Assembly: GCA_964600665.1 (NCBI GenBank)
Contig: CAZRKC010000006.1
Location: 11,319 to 75,318, forward strand
Reading direction: 5' to 3'
DNA length: 64,000 nt
DNA from: an uncultured Candidatus Sumerlaeota bacterium
GTDB taxonomy: Bacteria; Bacillota; SLNR01
Position 1 is the stretch's first letter. Each line of letters opens with the position of its first letter. The notes beneath the pieces are model-generated. The model saw nothing but the letters and a program-made list of their open reading frames with translations, was not told the origin of the DNA and searched no databases. Both the position numbers and the translations under genes were made by a program. This document shows, one piece after another, positions 16,634 to 27,222 of the stretch.

Positions 16634-16731
16634 CGGCAGATGACCTTGATTACCGAGAAGGAGCTGTGATCATCACAGCAAGATTGGCATCTAAGGACCA
16701 GTGTATCTGGCCTGACCAAGGAGTGATTCCA

Positions 16732-17619
16732 ATGCGCATTATCAAAACACACCCGTTGGGTCCGGTTTTGTCTGTGGAAGTGTTTCCCCCCAAACCGGAC
16801 GCTTCTCCCCAGCAAGTCCGCGATGCGGTAGCCCGTTTCGGCCAGCTGCGTCCTGACTTTATCAGTGTCACTTATGGTGCCGGCGGCAGTACCAAAGGAT
16901 TTACAGTGGACATTGCCGATTATATCCAAAATCAACAGCACATCCCGGCATTGGCTCATTTGACTTGCGTCGGTGAAAGCCCCGCTACCATCGATCGGGT
17001 GATCCAGCAGATGCAAGCTCGGTCATTGCACTCCGTCCTTGCCCTTCGGGGAGACCTGCCCCCTGGATGTGATCCGAATGCACACCGCCCTTTTATGTAT
17101 GCTGCCGACCTGATTGCCTACCTGACTGACCACTATCCGGATCTGGAAATCGGGGGCGCCGCCTATCCTGAGGGTCACATGGACTGCCCCCATCTGACGG
17201 ACGATCTGGATCATTTGAAAAATAAGGTAGACGCCGGCGCTCAGTTCCTCATTACCCAGCTTTTTTTCAACAACGACCTCTTTTTCAGATTCCTGGAAAC
17301 GGCACGAAATCACGGCATTAGTGTCCCTATTTTTACAGGAATCATGCCGGTGACCGGCCGCCGGCAAATCGAGCGCATCCTGAGCCTGAGCCGCACATCA
17401 TTCCCGGCCAAATTCAGGCGGATTCTGGACCGGTACGATCATAACCCGGCGGCAATGAAGGAAGCGGGGATTGCATATGCCACCGAACAGATCATCGACC
17501 TGATTGCAAGCGGGGTGGATGGCATCCACCTGTATGCCATGAATAAACCTGAGCTGGCAGAAAAGATTTTCGGGGATATCCAGTCTATCCGCACATGTTT
17601 TCAAAGCCCCGCCACCTGA
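16732..17619 (+). CDS. metF: 5,10-methylenetetrahydrofolate reductase
   Basis: Start ATG 16732 (MRIIKTHPLGPVLSVEVFPPK) after AAGGAG. The longer ORF-track start 16588 would run through the riboswitch terminator. Has FISVTYGAGGS and LHLYAMNKPE, typical of MetF. Confidence 0.85.
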   Translation: MRIIKTHPLGPVLSVEVFPPKPDASPQQVRDAVARFGQLRPDFISVTYGAGGSTKGFTVDIADYIQNQQHIPALAHLTCVGESPATIDRVIQQMQARSLHSVLALRGDLPPGCDPNAHRPFMYAADLIAYLTDHYPDLEIGGAAYPEGHMDCPHLTDDLDHLKNKVDAGAQFLITQLFFNNDLFFRFLETARNHGISVPIFTGIMPVTGRRQIERILSLSRTSFPAKFRRILDRYDHNPAAMKEAGIAYATEQIIDLIASGVDGIHLYAMNKPELAEKIFGDIQSIRTCFQSPAT

Positions 17620-17621
17620 TC

Positions 17622-17667
17622 CAACAAAAAAAGCCTGCCGCCCCGTCATCACCGGGACTGCAGGCTT
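17622..17667 (-). terminator. Bidirectional terminator between metF and the ATP-grasp gene
   Basis: Stem AAGCCTGC / GCAGGCTT enclosing an inner CCCG/CGGG pairing. The minus-sense RNA is followed by UUUUUUUUGUUGG. Confidence 0.5.
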
Positions 17668-18664
17668 ATTTCATATATTTACGAATGATCCACATCTTAC
17701 CCACACGATCCGGATTCTGCAAGAGGTGATAGCCGGGAATAAAATTCCCCTCAACAATTACAGGCCCGTTTTCAGTGATGGCCACATCCCAACCGACAAA
17801 TCGTACACGTGGTGTGACCAGGGCCGCTTTCTTCACGAATGCTTTGAGCTGGTCCCACATGGGAATCTGAAACCCTTTAAACGCAACCCCGCTCAGGGGA
17901 TGAACGGCGACATACTGGCCGCCCTTGACCAGTGCATCCGTAAATACAATCCCGCTGTCAATGTCCACTGCTGCCATTAACCCGCCCCCGCTGGCGTTAT
18001 CCACCACACCGCCATTCCCTGCTTTGATCGCGGTATACACAATATCGACTTCATCCCCATGCCGGATCGTAAATACCCGTACCGTATTCACCGAATCCGG
18101 GTGAAACAGGGCCATCTCAGGGTGCTGCCGGATGGCTTCTTCCAGGATGTCAAACTTTCTCCCCCGCAGATTTGCGACTGCAGCCACAGCCTCTTCATGA
18201 TCGTGAACATGAAACCGCTCCACCCCGATGCCACCGAACATATTATCTTTTTTGGCAAAGAAAATGGGATGCTCTTCAAGAAAATCCACCACCTGCGCAT
18301 CGGTGGATTCCTTCAGATCAAGGGTGCCTCTGCCCAGATAGTCCCGGTATAGTTTAGCAAACTCAGCCTTACTGTCAAATATATGGCGGTCGGCCGGGTC
18401 ATTCATATACCCCACAAATTTGTTGTTTTTGGCCAATGTGATATATTCCCGCCGTTCCTGTCTCGACTTTTTGTAGAAAGTAAAAATAAAGTAGTCGGAA
18501 AAAGCTGCCCCGTAATAAAGGGACGACCATGCCACATCGGCTAACACCAAGGGTAACGGTCGATGGGTTTCAACTGATACCGCTTTTGCCTTCTCCAGCA
18601 TGCGATCATATTTTGCCCGTCTCAGTTTCATGGTAAACAGTCGGGCCGTTCGCATCATATTCAC
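17666..18664 (-). CDS. ATP-grasp enzyme of the sugar-transfer-associated type (ATPgrasp_ST-like)
   Basis: Preferred start GTG 18664 (VNMMRTARLF) 8 nt after GAGGAGG; the ORF is open up to 18841. Has FFAKKDNMFGGIGVERF..., VNTVRVFT, IKAGNGGVVDNASGGGLMAAVD and VGWDVAITENGPVIVEGN, consistent with an ATP-grasp fold. Confidence 0.55.
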   Translation of the reverse strand: MNMMRTARLFTMKLRRAKYDRMLEKAKAVSVETHRPLPLVLADVAWSSLYYGAAFSDYFIFTFYKKSRQERREYITLAKNNKFVGYMNDPADRHIFDSKAEFAKLYRDYLGRGTLDLKESTDAQVVDFLEEHPIFFAKKDNMFGGIGVERFHVHDHEEAVAAVANLRGRKFDILEEAIRQHPEMALFHPDSVNTVRVFTIRHGDEVDIVYTAIKAGNGGVVDNASGGGLMAAVDIDSGIVFTDALVKGGQYVAVHPLSGVAFKGFQIPMWDQLKAFVKKAALVTPRVRFVGWDVAITENGPVIVEGNFIPGYHLLQNPDRVGKMWIIRKYMK

Positions 18665-18885
18665 AAAAAACGCCTCCTCGCCGGTCTCCCCACATAAAAA
18701 TGAGTGCAACACCCACAGATCCCTCCGGATCCACAGGTCAACACTCATTGGATTGATCAACCCATCATACGCTTCTTTCACCATCTGCGCCGGTATCTGG
18801 GGGGCAGTCAGCATGGTGCAATCCCAAAGACCACACTCCATCTCATTGATTCTGATCGGACCGATCTATACTTGCTAAGCGGGGT

Positions 18886-20142
18886 TTACTCCGATACGCG
18901 GTAGATGTCTGCACCTAAACCCCGCAGTTTCCCTTCCATATCCACATAACCCCGGTCGATGTGGGGTGTGCCGGAAATATGCGTTTCTCCTTCTGCCACC
19001 AGACCCGCCGTGATCAAAGCGGCACCAGCCCGCAGATCTGTGGCATTCACCTGGGCACCAGTCAATCTCTCAACCCCCCGGATGACGGCACTGCGGCCTT
19101 CGATCCGGATATCGGCTCCCATCCGTTTCAGTTCATCCACATGCATGAACCGGTTCTCAAATACGGTTTCCGTGATCACGCTGGTACCACGGGCAACGGT
19201 CATCAGGGCCATCATCTGTGCCTGCATATCCGTGGGAAAGCCCGGGTAAGGCAGCGTTTTGACATCCACTGCATGAATGAGGCCGGTACTGGTCACCACG
19301 ACACCGCTGGGGGTATCGTCCACTTGCACACCCGTTTCTTTCAATTTGGCGATGATGGGTTTTAAGTGATCAACCAGCACATTCTCCAGTTTAACTTTGC
19401 CACCGGCAATTGCCGCCGCCACCATGTATGTGCCCGCTTCGATCCGGTCGGGTATCACCGCATAAGAGGTGCCCGTTAAAGATTCAACACCTTCGATGCG
19501 GAGGATATTGGTTCCGGCTCCCCGGACCCGAGCTCCCATGGCATTGAGGTAGTTGGCCAAGTCCACGATCTCCGGCTCTTCGGCCGCATTTTCCAAAATC
19601 GTCGGCCCTTCCGCCAGAGTGGCTGCCATCATAATATTTTCAGTTGCACCGACACTGGGAAAATCCAGATAGATATTGGCTCCCCTCAGTCGGTCCGCCG
19701 TCGCTTCGATATATCCGTGTCCAATGGTGATCTTTGCACCCATGGCCGTAAATCCTTTTAAATGCAAATCGATGGGTCGGGTCCCGATGGCACATCCCCC
19801 TGGAAGGGAGATTCGGGCTTTACGCATGCGGGCTAACATGGGTCCGATGACCAAAAAAGATGCTCGCATCCGCCGCACCAGTTCGTAAGGCGGTTCTTCT
19901 TCCGGATTCATACCGGCGACGATTCGAATCGTACCGTCTTCATCCATGTCGACTTTTGAGCCCATGGCACGAAGTACTGCACAAATCGTGCGCACATCCT
20001 CCAGCGGAGACACGCCCTCCAGAATGCTTTGCCCGTTTGCCAGCAGTGACCCGGCAATAATAGGCAGTACGGCATTTTTAGCCGAACTGATCTTCACCGA
20101 ACCATATAGTTTTTTACCACCGTTGACCACGATTTTTTCCAC
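18886..20142 (-). CDS. murA: UDP-N-acetylglucosamine 1-carboxyvinyltransferase
   Basis: 418 aa. Has [28 protein letters not shown], the catalytic-loop Cys in [15 protein letters not shown], and FPTDMQAQ. Confidence 0.95.
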   Translation of the reverse strand: MEKIVVNGGKKLYGSVKISSAKNAVLPIIAGSLLANGQSILEGVSPLEDVRTICAVLRAMGSKVDMDEDGTIRIVAGMNPEEEPPYELVRRMRASFLVIGPMLARMRKARISLPGGCAIGTRPIDLHLKGFTAMGAKITIGHGYIEATADRLRGANIYLDFPSVGATENIMMAATLAEGPTILENAAEEPEIVDLANYLNAMGARVRGAGTNILRIEGVESLTGTSYAVIPDRIEAGTYMVAAAIAGGKVKLENVLVDHLKPIIAKLKETGVQVDDTPSGVVVTSTGLIHAVDVKTLPYPGFPTDMQAQMMALMTVARGTSVITETVFENRFMHVDELKRMGADIRIEGRSAVIRGVERLTGAQVNATDLRAGAALITAGLVAEGETHISGTPHIDRGYVDMEGKLRGLGADIYRVSE

Positions 20143-20175
20143 TGCGTTCCCTCCAACCAGGTCAGAATGAATATT

Positions 20176-21339
20176 TTAACCTGCAAACTCATCGATCTGG
20201 GTCTTTGTGATTCCTGCAGCAAACAATACCGCCGCACATATTCGTCTGGCTGCCTGACCGTCCCCATAAGGATTGGTTGACCGAGTCATTGTACCATACC
20301 TGTCCGGGTCATGCAACAGGGTGCGAACAGCCGATACGATGGCACTGGTTCGACTGCCTGTCATCCATACCGTACCCGCCGCAATCGCTTCCGGCCGTTC
20401 CGTGGTATCCCGCAGGAGTAAAACTGGTTTGCCCAATGCCGGAGCTTCTTCTTGCAGCCCCCCTGAGTCGGTGATCACCAGCCATGCCCGGTTCATCAGA
20501 TTCGCCCACTCGATATATTCCATGGGGTCCAGCAACCAGACCCGAGGGGATCGTCCTAAAAGACGCTGGGCGACTTCAGATACCGCCGGATTTCGGTGAA
20601 CTGAAAAGACGATATCCACATCTTCAAAATTGGCAGCGATCTCAGCGATTGCCTGACAAATAGCTTCCATCGGTTCTCCAAGATTTTCCCGGCGATGAGC
20701 ATCCACTACGATCACTTTACGTTCGCTAAAGTCCAAATGGTTTAAAATATCCGCTGTGAACACAAATGGATCCCGAATCACCGAAACCAGGGCATCGATG
20801 GCCGTATTGCCCGTGACAAAAATCGAATGGGAATCGGTCCCTTCCCTCAGCAAGTTGTGTTTTGCAGTCTGGGTGGGTGCAAAATGCAGATCCGCCAGTG
20901 CGCCGGTCATTTTCCGGTTCATCTCTTCCGGGTATGGTGCGTATTTATCGTGGGTCCGCAACCCGGCTTCCACATGCCCCACGGATATTTTCTGGTAAAA
21001 AGCAGCCAGTGAAGCAGCGAAGGTTGTGGTCGTATCCCCGTGAACTAAGACAAGGTCCGGTTTTTCCTGGGCCAATATGGATTCCAATCCAGTCAAAACC
21101 CGATGGGTGATGTCCGTCAGTGTTTGCCGCGATGCCATGATATCCAGGTCATAGTCCGGCGTAATCTCAAAGAAATCCAGCACCTGATCCAGCATTTCCC
21201 GATGCTGCGCAGTTACTGCTACCACTGATTGCAAATACGGTGAGGCAGACAGTTCACGCACCAGGGGGGCCATTTTAATGGCCTCCGGCCGGGTGCCAAA
21301 TATTGTCATCACTTTGTATGGCGGTCGGATCGTTGTCAA
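20176..21339 (-). CDS. mnaA: UDP-N-acetylglucosamine 2-epimerase (non-hydrolysing)
   Basis: 387 aa. Has [35 protein letters not shown] and [18 protein letters not shown]. Confidence 0.9.
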   Translation of the reverse strand: MTTIRPPYKVMTIFGTRPEAIKMAPLVRELSASPYLQSVVAVTAQHREMLDQVLDFFEITPDYDLDIMASRQTLTDITHRVLTGLESILAQEKPDLVLVHGDTTTTFAASLAAFYQKISVGHVEAGLRTHDKYAPYPEEMNRKMTGALADLHFAPTQTAKHNLLREGTDSHSIFVTGNTAIDALVSVIRDPFVFTADILNHLDFSERKVIVVDAHRRENLGEPMEAICQAIAEIAANFEDVDIVFSVHRNPAVSEVAQRLLGRSPRVWLLDPMEYIEWANLMNRAWLVITDSGGLQEEAPALGKPVLLLRDTTERPEAIAAGTVWMTGSRTSAIVSAVRTLLHDPDRYGTMTRSTNPYGDGQAARRICAAVLFAAGITKTQIDEFAG

Positions 21340-21348
21340 TGGTTCCCC

Positions 21349-22386
21349 CTATTTCCCCTGCCTCAAATCAAACAGGTGTACTTTCCGTGCCCCCAGGTAG
21401 ACCATGGCAATGGTTAGCACGATTACCGCGATGGGCCAGAAGCCATCCATGAAAGCCAGTGCCACCGCACACAAACCCAGAAGGCCGCTAAAACCATACA
21501 ACAAGACCACCACTTGCTTTTGGGTCATGCCGCGATCCAACAGTCGGTGATGGAGATGACTCCGGTCTGCCTCATAGATGGGTCGGCCGTTCCGATAGCG
21601 ACGGGTGATGGCAAACAGGGTATCCAAAATCGGAAATCCCAATGCCAGCATGGGCACTAACAAGGCAATGGTTGCCGCACTCTTTAACGCCCCTTCCACC
21701 GAAATGGCAGCCAGGACAAACCCCAGGAACATGCTGCCGGAATCCCCCATGAATATCCGCGCCGGATTGAAGTTGTATCGTAAAAATGCCAATGAACTGC
21801 CAATCAGGGCAGCTGCCATCATAGCCACCTGCATTTGACCCATTTTCAGGGCAATCAAGCACAGGGTGGCCGCAGCAATGCAAGACACACCCGCAGCGAG
21901 TCCATCCAGTCCATCGATCAGATTGACGGTATTCACCACTGCCACGATCCACAGCACAGACAGAGGGAAACTCCAGCCGTTTAGGTAAATCATCCCCTGC
22001 AACGGATGGGTCAGCCACCAGATCCGGATGTCAAATACCTGCACCACCAAAGCAATGATCAAGATCTGGCCGATGAACTTCCACTTTGCCGGAATCGGAC
22101 GTTTATCATCAGCGATGCCCAATAGCATGAGCAAGGTGCCCCCGGTGAGGATGCCAGCCACCTGGGGATCTTTCCATCCCATCAGCGCGACCACTGCAAT
22201 CCCAAACCCCAGATAAATCGCCAATCCGCCCAGATAGGGGATCGGTTGGGCATGAATCTTACGGCCGCCGGTGGGGCGATCAATGATGCCCAGATGGATC
22301 GCCCACTTTTTCACCAGTGGTGTCACCATATATGTGATGGTCAATGCCATGGCGAAAATGATGATGATCCGATCCAAACCGTTCAC
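21349..22386 (-). CDS. tagO: Undecaprenyl-phosphate N-acetylglucosamine-1-phosphate transferase (MraY/WecA/TagO family)
   Basis: 345 aa, polytopic. Has NLIDGLDGLAAG, FMGDSGSMFLGF and HLHHRLL, characteristic of GT4 polyprenyl-phosphate transferases. Confidence 0.85.
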   Translation of the reverse strand: MNGLDRIIIIFAMALTITYMVTPLVKKWAIHLGIIDRPTGGRKIHAQPIPYLGGLAIYLGFGIAVVALMGWKDPQVAGILTGGTLLMLLGIADDKRPIPAKWKFIGQILIIALVVQVFDIRIWWLTHPLQGMIYLNGWSFPLSVLWIVAVVNTVNLIDGLDGLAAGVSCIAAATLCLIALKMGQMQVAMMAAALIGSSLAFLRYNFNPARIFMGDSGSMFLGFVLAAISVEGALKSAATIALLVPMLALGFPILDTLFAITRRYRNGRPIYEADRSHLHHRLLDRGMTQKQVVVLLYGFSGLLGLCAVALAFMDGFWPIAVIVLTIAMVYLGARKVHLFDLRQGK

Positions 22387-22435
22387 CTCTCATCGGTAGT
22401 CCGTGCCTGGGCAGGCGCCTGCCCCCAAGGCTTTG

Positions 22436-22759
22436 TTATTCCAAACTCAGGTAACCTTTCTCCATCAGTTTTTCCAAGTGAGCGCTCATCGACTGATTCA
22501 GGTCCACTCCGTACTGTTCCTCCAGAACAAACATCATCGTAATGGCTGTTTGGGCAACATCCAGCAGTTCCCGGGCAATTTTACCCATGACATCCTGGTC
22601 ATGACGCATCACTTGTTCACCATTCATGCCCCGGTACTTGCCGATGGCTTCTCCCAGCTCACCGGCCTCCTCCATCAACTTCAGTGCTGTCGATTCCAAT
22701 GTGGGGTAGAGTCGGTTCAACCGCGGCAGCGCAATGGTCTTGGTTTCCAAAGAATTCAC
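22436..22759 (-). CDS. MazG-like nucleotide pyrophosphohydrolase (small, all-helical); start uncertain
   Basis: Has [17 protein letters not shown]...[21 protein letters not shown] (EExxE...D pattern). The ORF is open up to 22837 but that region overlaps comEB. GTG 22759 follows AAGGCAGG. Overlap with the comEB 3' end remains either way. Confidence 0.5.
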   Translation of the reverse strand: MNSLETKTIALPRLNRLYPTLESTALKLMEEAGELGEAIGKYRGMNGEQVMRHDQDVMGKIARELLDVAQTAITMMFVLEEQYGVDLNQSMSAHLEKLMEKGYLSLE

Positions 22760-23204
22760 CTGCCTTGTACCGAACCACTTCAATACCAGCTTCTTCCAAT
22801 AGTTGCCGGGACAGCTCGTCGGGATACTCCTGCTCATAAATAATTTTGATAATGCCGGAATTCATGATCATTTTAGCACATGTAACGCAAGGTTGTGCCT
22901 GAGAATAAATCACAGCCCCCCGCACGCTGACACCATGATAGGCCGCCTGGATGATGGCGTTCTGCTCGGCGTGCAGCCCCCGGCACAATTCGAACCGTTC
23001 CCCGGAGGGAATACCCAGCTGCTGCCGCAAACACCCAACATCGGAACAATGGGCTAAGCCGCTGGGCGGCCCGTTGTAACCGGTGGACAGGATTCGTTTG
23101 TCTTTGACGATCACCGCACCCAATTGGCGGCGCAAACAAGTGGAGCGCGTGGCTACCACTCGTGTAACCTGCATAAAATATTCATCCCAGGACGGTCTTG
23201 TCAT
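22659..23204 (-). CDS. comEB: dCMP deaminase (ComEB type)
   Basis: Start ATG 23204 ([13 protein letters not shown]) after GGAGGGG. Has zinc motifs HAEQNAI and PCVTCAKMI. The C-terminal tail extends about 40 aa past the deaminase fold. Confidence 0.8.
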   Translation of the reverse strand: MTRPSWDEYFMQVTRVVATRSTCLRRQLGAVIVKDKRILSTGYNGPPSGLAHCSDVGCLRQQLGIPSGERFELCRGLHAEQNAIIQAAYHGVSVRGAVIYSQAQPCVTCAKMIMNSGIIKIIYEQEYPDELSRQLLEEAGIEVVRYKAGEFFGNQDHCAAAVEPTLPHIGIDSTEVDGGGR

Positions 23205-23230
23205 ATGGTCCCCTCCGAAAGTATCAGTTT

Positions 23231-23863
23231 TCATTCAGTGCCAAACAACCGATCACCAGCATCCCCCAGCCCGGGAATAATATATCCGTGGGCGTCCAGA
23301 TGACTGTCCACCGCCGCCGTATAAATCGGTACATCCGGATGCTTCTCCGACAGCGCCCGCACCCCTTCCGGGGCTGCAATCAGGCACATGAATTTCAATC
23401 GCCGGACTCCCTTTGATTTCAAAAAGTCGCAGGCTGCCACTGCTGAACCTCCGGTGGCCAGCATCGGATCAACGACGATAATATCCCGCTCTGCCACATC
23501 CGCCGGCAGCTTCCAGTAATATTCCACTGGTTTGAGGGTGTCATGGTCTCGATACATGCCCAGATGGCCGACTTTGGCATTGGGGATCAGCCGTGTCATC
23601 CCGCTGACCATTCCCAATCCGGCCCGTAGAATCGGCACGATTCCGATTTTCTTGCCAGATAAGACTTTGCCTTGAGCCACCGCCATGGGTGTTTCCACAG
23701 GAACTTCTTCCAACGGGAGATCCCGGGTCACCTCATAGGCAAGCAGGAGGGATACCTCCTCAACCAGCTCCCTGAACTCTTTGGGCCCCGTATTCACATC
23801 CCGGATAAAGGTCATTTTGTGCTGGATCAATGGATGCTCGATCCAGTGTAGGTTACTGGCCAT
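23231..23863 (-). CDS. upp: Uracil phosphoribosyltransferase
   Basis: Start ATG 23863 ([18 protein letters not shown]). Has ILRAGLGM and the PRPP loop [14 protein letters not shown], ending [16 protein letters not shown]. Confidence 0.95.
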   Translation of the reverse strand: MASNLHWIEHPLIQHKMTFIRDVNTGPKEFRELVEEVSLLLAYEVTRDLPLEEVPVETPMAVAQGKVLSGKKIGIVPILRAGLGMVSGMTRLIPNAKVGHLGMYRDHDTLKPVEYYWKLPADVAERDIIVVDPMLATGGSAVAACDFLKSKGVRRLKFMCLIAAPEGVRALSEKHPDVPIYTAAVDSHLDAHGYIIPGLGDAGDRLFGTE

Positions 23864-23883
23864 GGTTGACATCCCCTTTCCAT

Positions 23884-25119
23884 CTACTGATACAGCGGAA
23901 ACTTCCCGCTTAATACCTTCACTTGGACTGCCACTGCCTTCTTCACCTCTTCGTCCTCAGCATGCAAAAGGATTCGGGTGATCATATCCGCAATCTCCAC
24001 CATGTCCTTTTCTTTCATGCCCCGGGTGGTGACTGCAGGGGTACCAATGCGGATCCCGCTGGTGATGGTGGGCTTTTCTGGGTCAAAGGGCACGGCATTC
24101 TTGTTCACCGTGATTCCCACTGCATCCAGTGCCGTCTCCGCCGCTTTGCCGGTGATGCCTTTCCCCCTTAAATCCAGCAGCATCAAATGATTGTCCGTAC
24201 CACCGGAAACCAGGTGAAACCCATTCTCCACCAGTCGTCTGGCCATCGCATCGGCATTGAGAATAATTTGTTTCTGATATGTTTTGAACTCAGGGGCCAT
24301 CGCTTCCTTGAAAGCAACTGCCTTGGCTGCAATGATATGCATCAACGGGCCACCCTGGGTTCCAGGGAAAATGGCCTTGTCGATGTCTTTGGCCAAGGCT
24401 TGGGTGCATAAAATCATACCGCCCCTGGGCCCTCTCAGCGTTTTGTGAGTTGTAGTCGTTACCACATCGGCATACGGCACGGGATTTGGATGGAGACCGG
24501 CAGCAACAAGCCCGGCGATATGGGCCATATCCACCATAAAATAAGCTCCCACTTCTTTAGCCACCTGACCGATCCGTTCAAAATCAATGAACCGGGGATA
24601 CGCACTGGCACCCGCCACAATCAGCTTAGGGCGTTCTGCGTGGGCCACCCGGCTCAGTTCATCGTAGTCGAGGGTTTCAGTTTCTTTATCCACACCATAG
24701 GACAAAAATTGAAAGTATTTGCCGGATATGTTAACCGGGCTGCCATGGGTCAGGTGCCCGCCATGCGCCAACCGCATGCCTAAAACCTTGTCACCGGGTT
24801 CCAGAAGGGCAAAATAGACAGCCATGTTGGCCTGCGCACCGGCATGAGGTTGCACATTGACATGTTCAGCTCCGAAAATGGCTTTTGCCCGCTGGATCGC
24901 CAATGTCTCCGCAACATCCACATACTCGCAGCCACCATAATAGCGCCGTCCCGGATAACCTTCTGCATACTTGTTCGTCAGGACCGAACCTTGCGCTTCC
25001 AGGACCGCCCTGCTGACAAAATTCTCTGAAGCGATCAGCTCGATTTTGTCCCGCTGACGTTGGGTCTCATTTTCAATGGCTTCCGCAATTTCGGGATCCA
25101 CCTGTTTTAAGATGCTCAT
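23884..25119 (-). CDS. glyA: Serine hydroxymethyltransferase
   Basis: 411 aa. Has [14 protein letters not shown], and the PLP lysine in [14 protein letters not shown]. Confidence 0.95.
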   Translation of the reverse strand: MSILKQVDPEIAEAIENETQRQRDKIELIASENFVSRAVLEAQGSVLTNKYAEGYPGRRYYGGCEYVDVAETLAIQRAKAIFGAEHVNVQPHAGAQANMAVYFALLEPGDKVLGMRLAHGGHLTHGSPVNISGKYFQFLSYGVDKETETLDYDELSRVAHAERPKLIVAGASAYPRFIDFERIGQVAKEVGAYFMVDMAHIAGLVAAGLHPNPVPYADVVTTTTHKTLRGPRGGMILCTQALAKDIDKAIFPGTQGGPLMHIIAAKAVAFKEAMAPEFKTYQKQIILNADAMARRLVENGFHLVSGGTDNHLMLLDLRGKGITGKAAETALDAVGITVNKNAVPFDPEKPTITSGIRIGTPAVTTRGMKEKDMVEIADMITRILLHAEDEEVKKAVAVQVKVLSGKFPLYQ

Positions 25120-25139
25120 GCCCAGCCGCCTCCCGCAGT

Positions 25140-25583
25140 TTAGTATTTTTCTTCAATCTCTTTGATCTTCTGAATCCGCCGTGTGTGCCGGCCGCCAATA
25201 AACTCAGACAGCAGCCACGTATGGACGATTTCCAAAGCTAAACCATGACCGATGACGCGTTCGCCCATGACCAGGACATTGGCATCATTGTGCTCTCGCG
25301 ACAACCGGCAGGAAAAGAGGTCATGACAAAGGGCCGCACGGATTCCGTGGACCTTATTGGCCGTGATGCTCATCCCAATACCCGTGCCGCAAATCAGGAT
25401 TGCCCGGTCGAATTCTCCCGTAGCCACGCCTTCAGCGGCCTTCAGACCGATGTCTGTGTAATCCACCGCATCTAAGGATACGGCGCCAAAATCAGTGAAG
25501 TCCAGTTCCAGGTCCGTTAACAGTTCCTTCACTTTTTCTTTTAGCGCAAATCCTGCGTGGTCACTTCCGATGGCGATTTTCAT
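25140..25583 (-). CDS. rpiB: Ribose-5-phosphate isomerase B
   Basis: 147 aa. Has [32 protein letters not shown] and [13 protein letters not shown]. Confidence 0.9.
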   Translation of the reverse strand: MKIAIGSDHAGFALKEKVKELLTDLELDFTDFGAVSLDAVDYTDIGLKAAEGVATGEFDRAILICGTGIGMSITANKVHGIRAALCHDLFSCRLSREHNDANVLVMGERVIGHGLALEIVHTWLLSEFIGGRHTRRIQKIKEIEEKY

Positions 25584-25705
25584 TTCTTCACCCCCGCTAT
25601 GATCTAAAAAAAGTATGATGACGCTACCGGTAACAACAAAAACAGCATGCCCAAAAATCGCGCATTCATTAAATCATATTCTTCTCTGCTTCTTGATTTC
25701 CTGCC

Positions 25706-26155
25706 TTACCAGCGCCCTTCTTTCTCAATATCGGAAAGCAGTGCATCCAAATCCGCTGTCAATTGCAATGCGCAAGCCCGATAGACATCCAGGGATTGGC
25801 CGTAAGGATCCTCCATGTGCAGGATCCTGATTTTATCGGCTGCATCAGGGACCAGATGAATCACCGCCCCTTGATGATGCTCAGTCATCACCAAAATCAG
25901 ATCGGCTTTCTGAATCATGTCTGTCGTCAGCATGCTGGCGATATGCCCGGACAAGTCGATTCCATGTTCATGGAGGACCGTTATGGTATGATCGGCGGCA
26001 CGGTCTCCATCAAAAGCAGCTGTACCCGCAGAGCGAATCAGAATGGTATCTGCCTGATCCGGAAACCGTTTCTGAATCAGGGAACGCAACAGTCCCTCAG
26101 CCATGGGACTCCGGCAAGTATTTCCCGTGCATACGATCAGGATCGTGTAACTCAC
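25706..26155 (-). CDS. ywlE: Low-molecular-weight protein phosphatase, YwlE (arginine phosphatase) type
   Basis: GTG 26155 lies 8 nt after GAGGAG. The P-loop CTGNTCRS carries Thr at the position reported to confer phospho-arginine specificity in B. subtilis YwlE. The DP(Y/W) loop is present as MEDPYG. Confidence 0.8.
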   Translation of the reverse strand: MSYTILIVCTGNTCRSPMAEGLLRSLIQKRFPDQADTILIRSAGTAAFDGDRAADHTITVLHEHGIDLSGHIASMLTTDMIQKADLILVMTEHHQGAVIHLVPDAADKIRILHMEDPYGQSLDVYRACALQLTADLDALLSDIEKEGRW

Positions 26156-26160
26156 AGCAA

Positions 26161-27222
26161 TCACTCCTCGGACCGACCGACCAGGATGACATGAAACCCT
26201 GCGGCTTTACGGAGCCGGTTCATCACTGCCGCCCCCAGTCCGGAGGCGTCGATCCCTTCGGCAATGATCAGGTCAATGTCTTCCAGATCCATCTGTCGCA
26301 ACAATGTATATATGCGATGGGCAATTTCAACGGCATCGGACCGCTGACCGATCAACCAGACCGGCCTTCCCGTATAAAACGAAGCATTCTCCACCGTGGC
26401 CAAAATTCCCACTCGTTTTCCCGACCTCATGGCATCATCGGCGATCTGCAGCACCCGTGCCGGGACCAGCCGATCGTCTCCTTCCACCACCACCATATCG
26501 GCTTTGGGAGCATAATGACGGTACTTCATACCTGGCGAGCGGGGGGCGGTCATATCCGTGCCATAAACCGCGGGATCCATCTCCACCTGCGGCAGGACCG
26601 TCAAGAGTTCTTCCCGGGTGACACCACCTGGACGCAATATGGTCGGAATTTCCCCGGTCAGATCCAGCACCGTAGATTCCAGACCGATTCCCGTTTCTCC
26701 GCCGTCAATGATCAACGGGATCTGCCCGTCCATATCGTCGATGACATGCGCTGCACAGGTCGGACTCGGTCGACCGGACCGGTTGGCACTAGGTGCTGCT
26801 ACCGGCAATCCCGCAGTATGGATCAGTGCCATCGCCACCGGATGTGATGGCATCCGGATGGCAACCGTATCTAAGCCGGCCGTCACCACATCGGGAACGA
26901 GGGGGCTTCGGGGAAAAATCAGCGTTAACGGGCCCGGCCAGAACGCGGCCATCAATGGCTCTGCCAGTGGGGGCACGGAAGCAACCAGAGGCAGCAAATC
27001 GTCCCGGTGAGCAATATGTACAATCAGCGGGTTGTCCCCGGGTCGCCCTTTAGCAGCGAATATTTTTCTCACCGCCGCCTCCGACAGGGCATTGGCTCCC
27101 AGTCCGTATACCGTTTCCGTGGGAAACGCCACCAGGTCCCCCTGAATCAGATACTTGGCCGCCTCACGGATCCGGTCCATATCGGGTTCCGTGGCATCGA
27201 CTTTGATTACCATGGTATTCAT
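26161..27222 (-). CDS. tsaC: L-threonylcarbamoyladenylate synthase (Sua5/YwlC long form)
   Basis: 353 aa. Has VAFPTETVYGLGANAL, SANRSGRPSPT, and a C-terminal Sua5 domain. Confidence 0.9.
   Translation of the reverse strand: MNTMVIKVDATEPDMDRIREAAKYLIQGDLVAFPTETVYGLGANALSEAAVRKIFAAKGRPGDNPLIVHIAHRDDLLPLVASVPPLAEPLMAAFWPGPLTLIFPRSPLVPDVVTAGLDTVAIRMPSHPVAMALIHTAGLPVAAPSANRSGRPSPTCAAHVIDDMDGQIPLIIDGGETGIGLESTVLDLTGEIPTILRPGGVTREELLTVLPQVEMDPAVYGTDMTAPRSPGMKYRHYAPKADMVVVEGDDRLVPARVLQIADDAMRSGKRVGILATVENASFYTGRPVWLIGQRSDAVEIAHRIYTLLRQMDLEDIDLIIAEGIDASGLGAAVMNRLRKAAGFHVILVGRSEE

Noticed and set aside
16588-16731. N-terminal 48-codon extension of the metF ORF in the ORF track
   Set aside because: It would be translated through the SAM riboswitch terminator hairpin. 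A proper AAGGAG RBS precedes ATG 16732, and MetF homology begins there.
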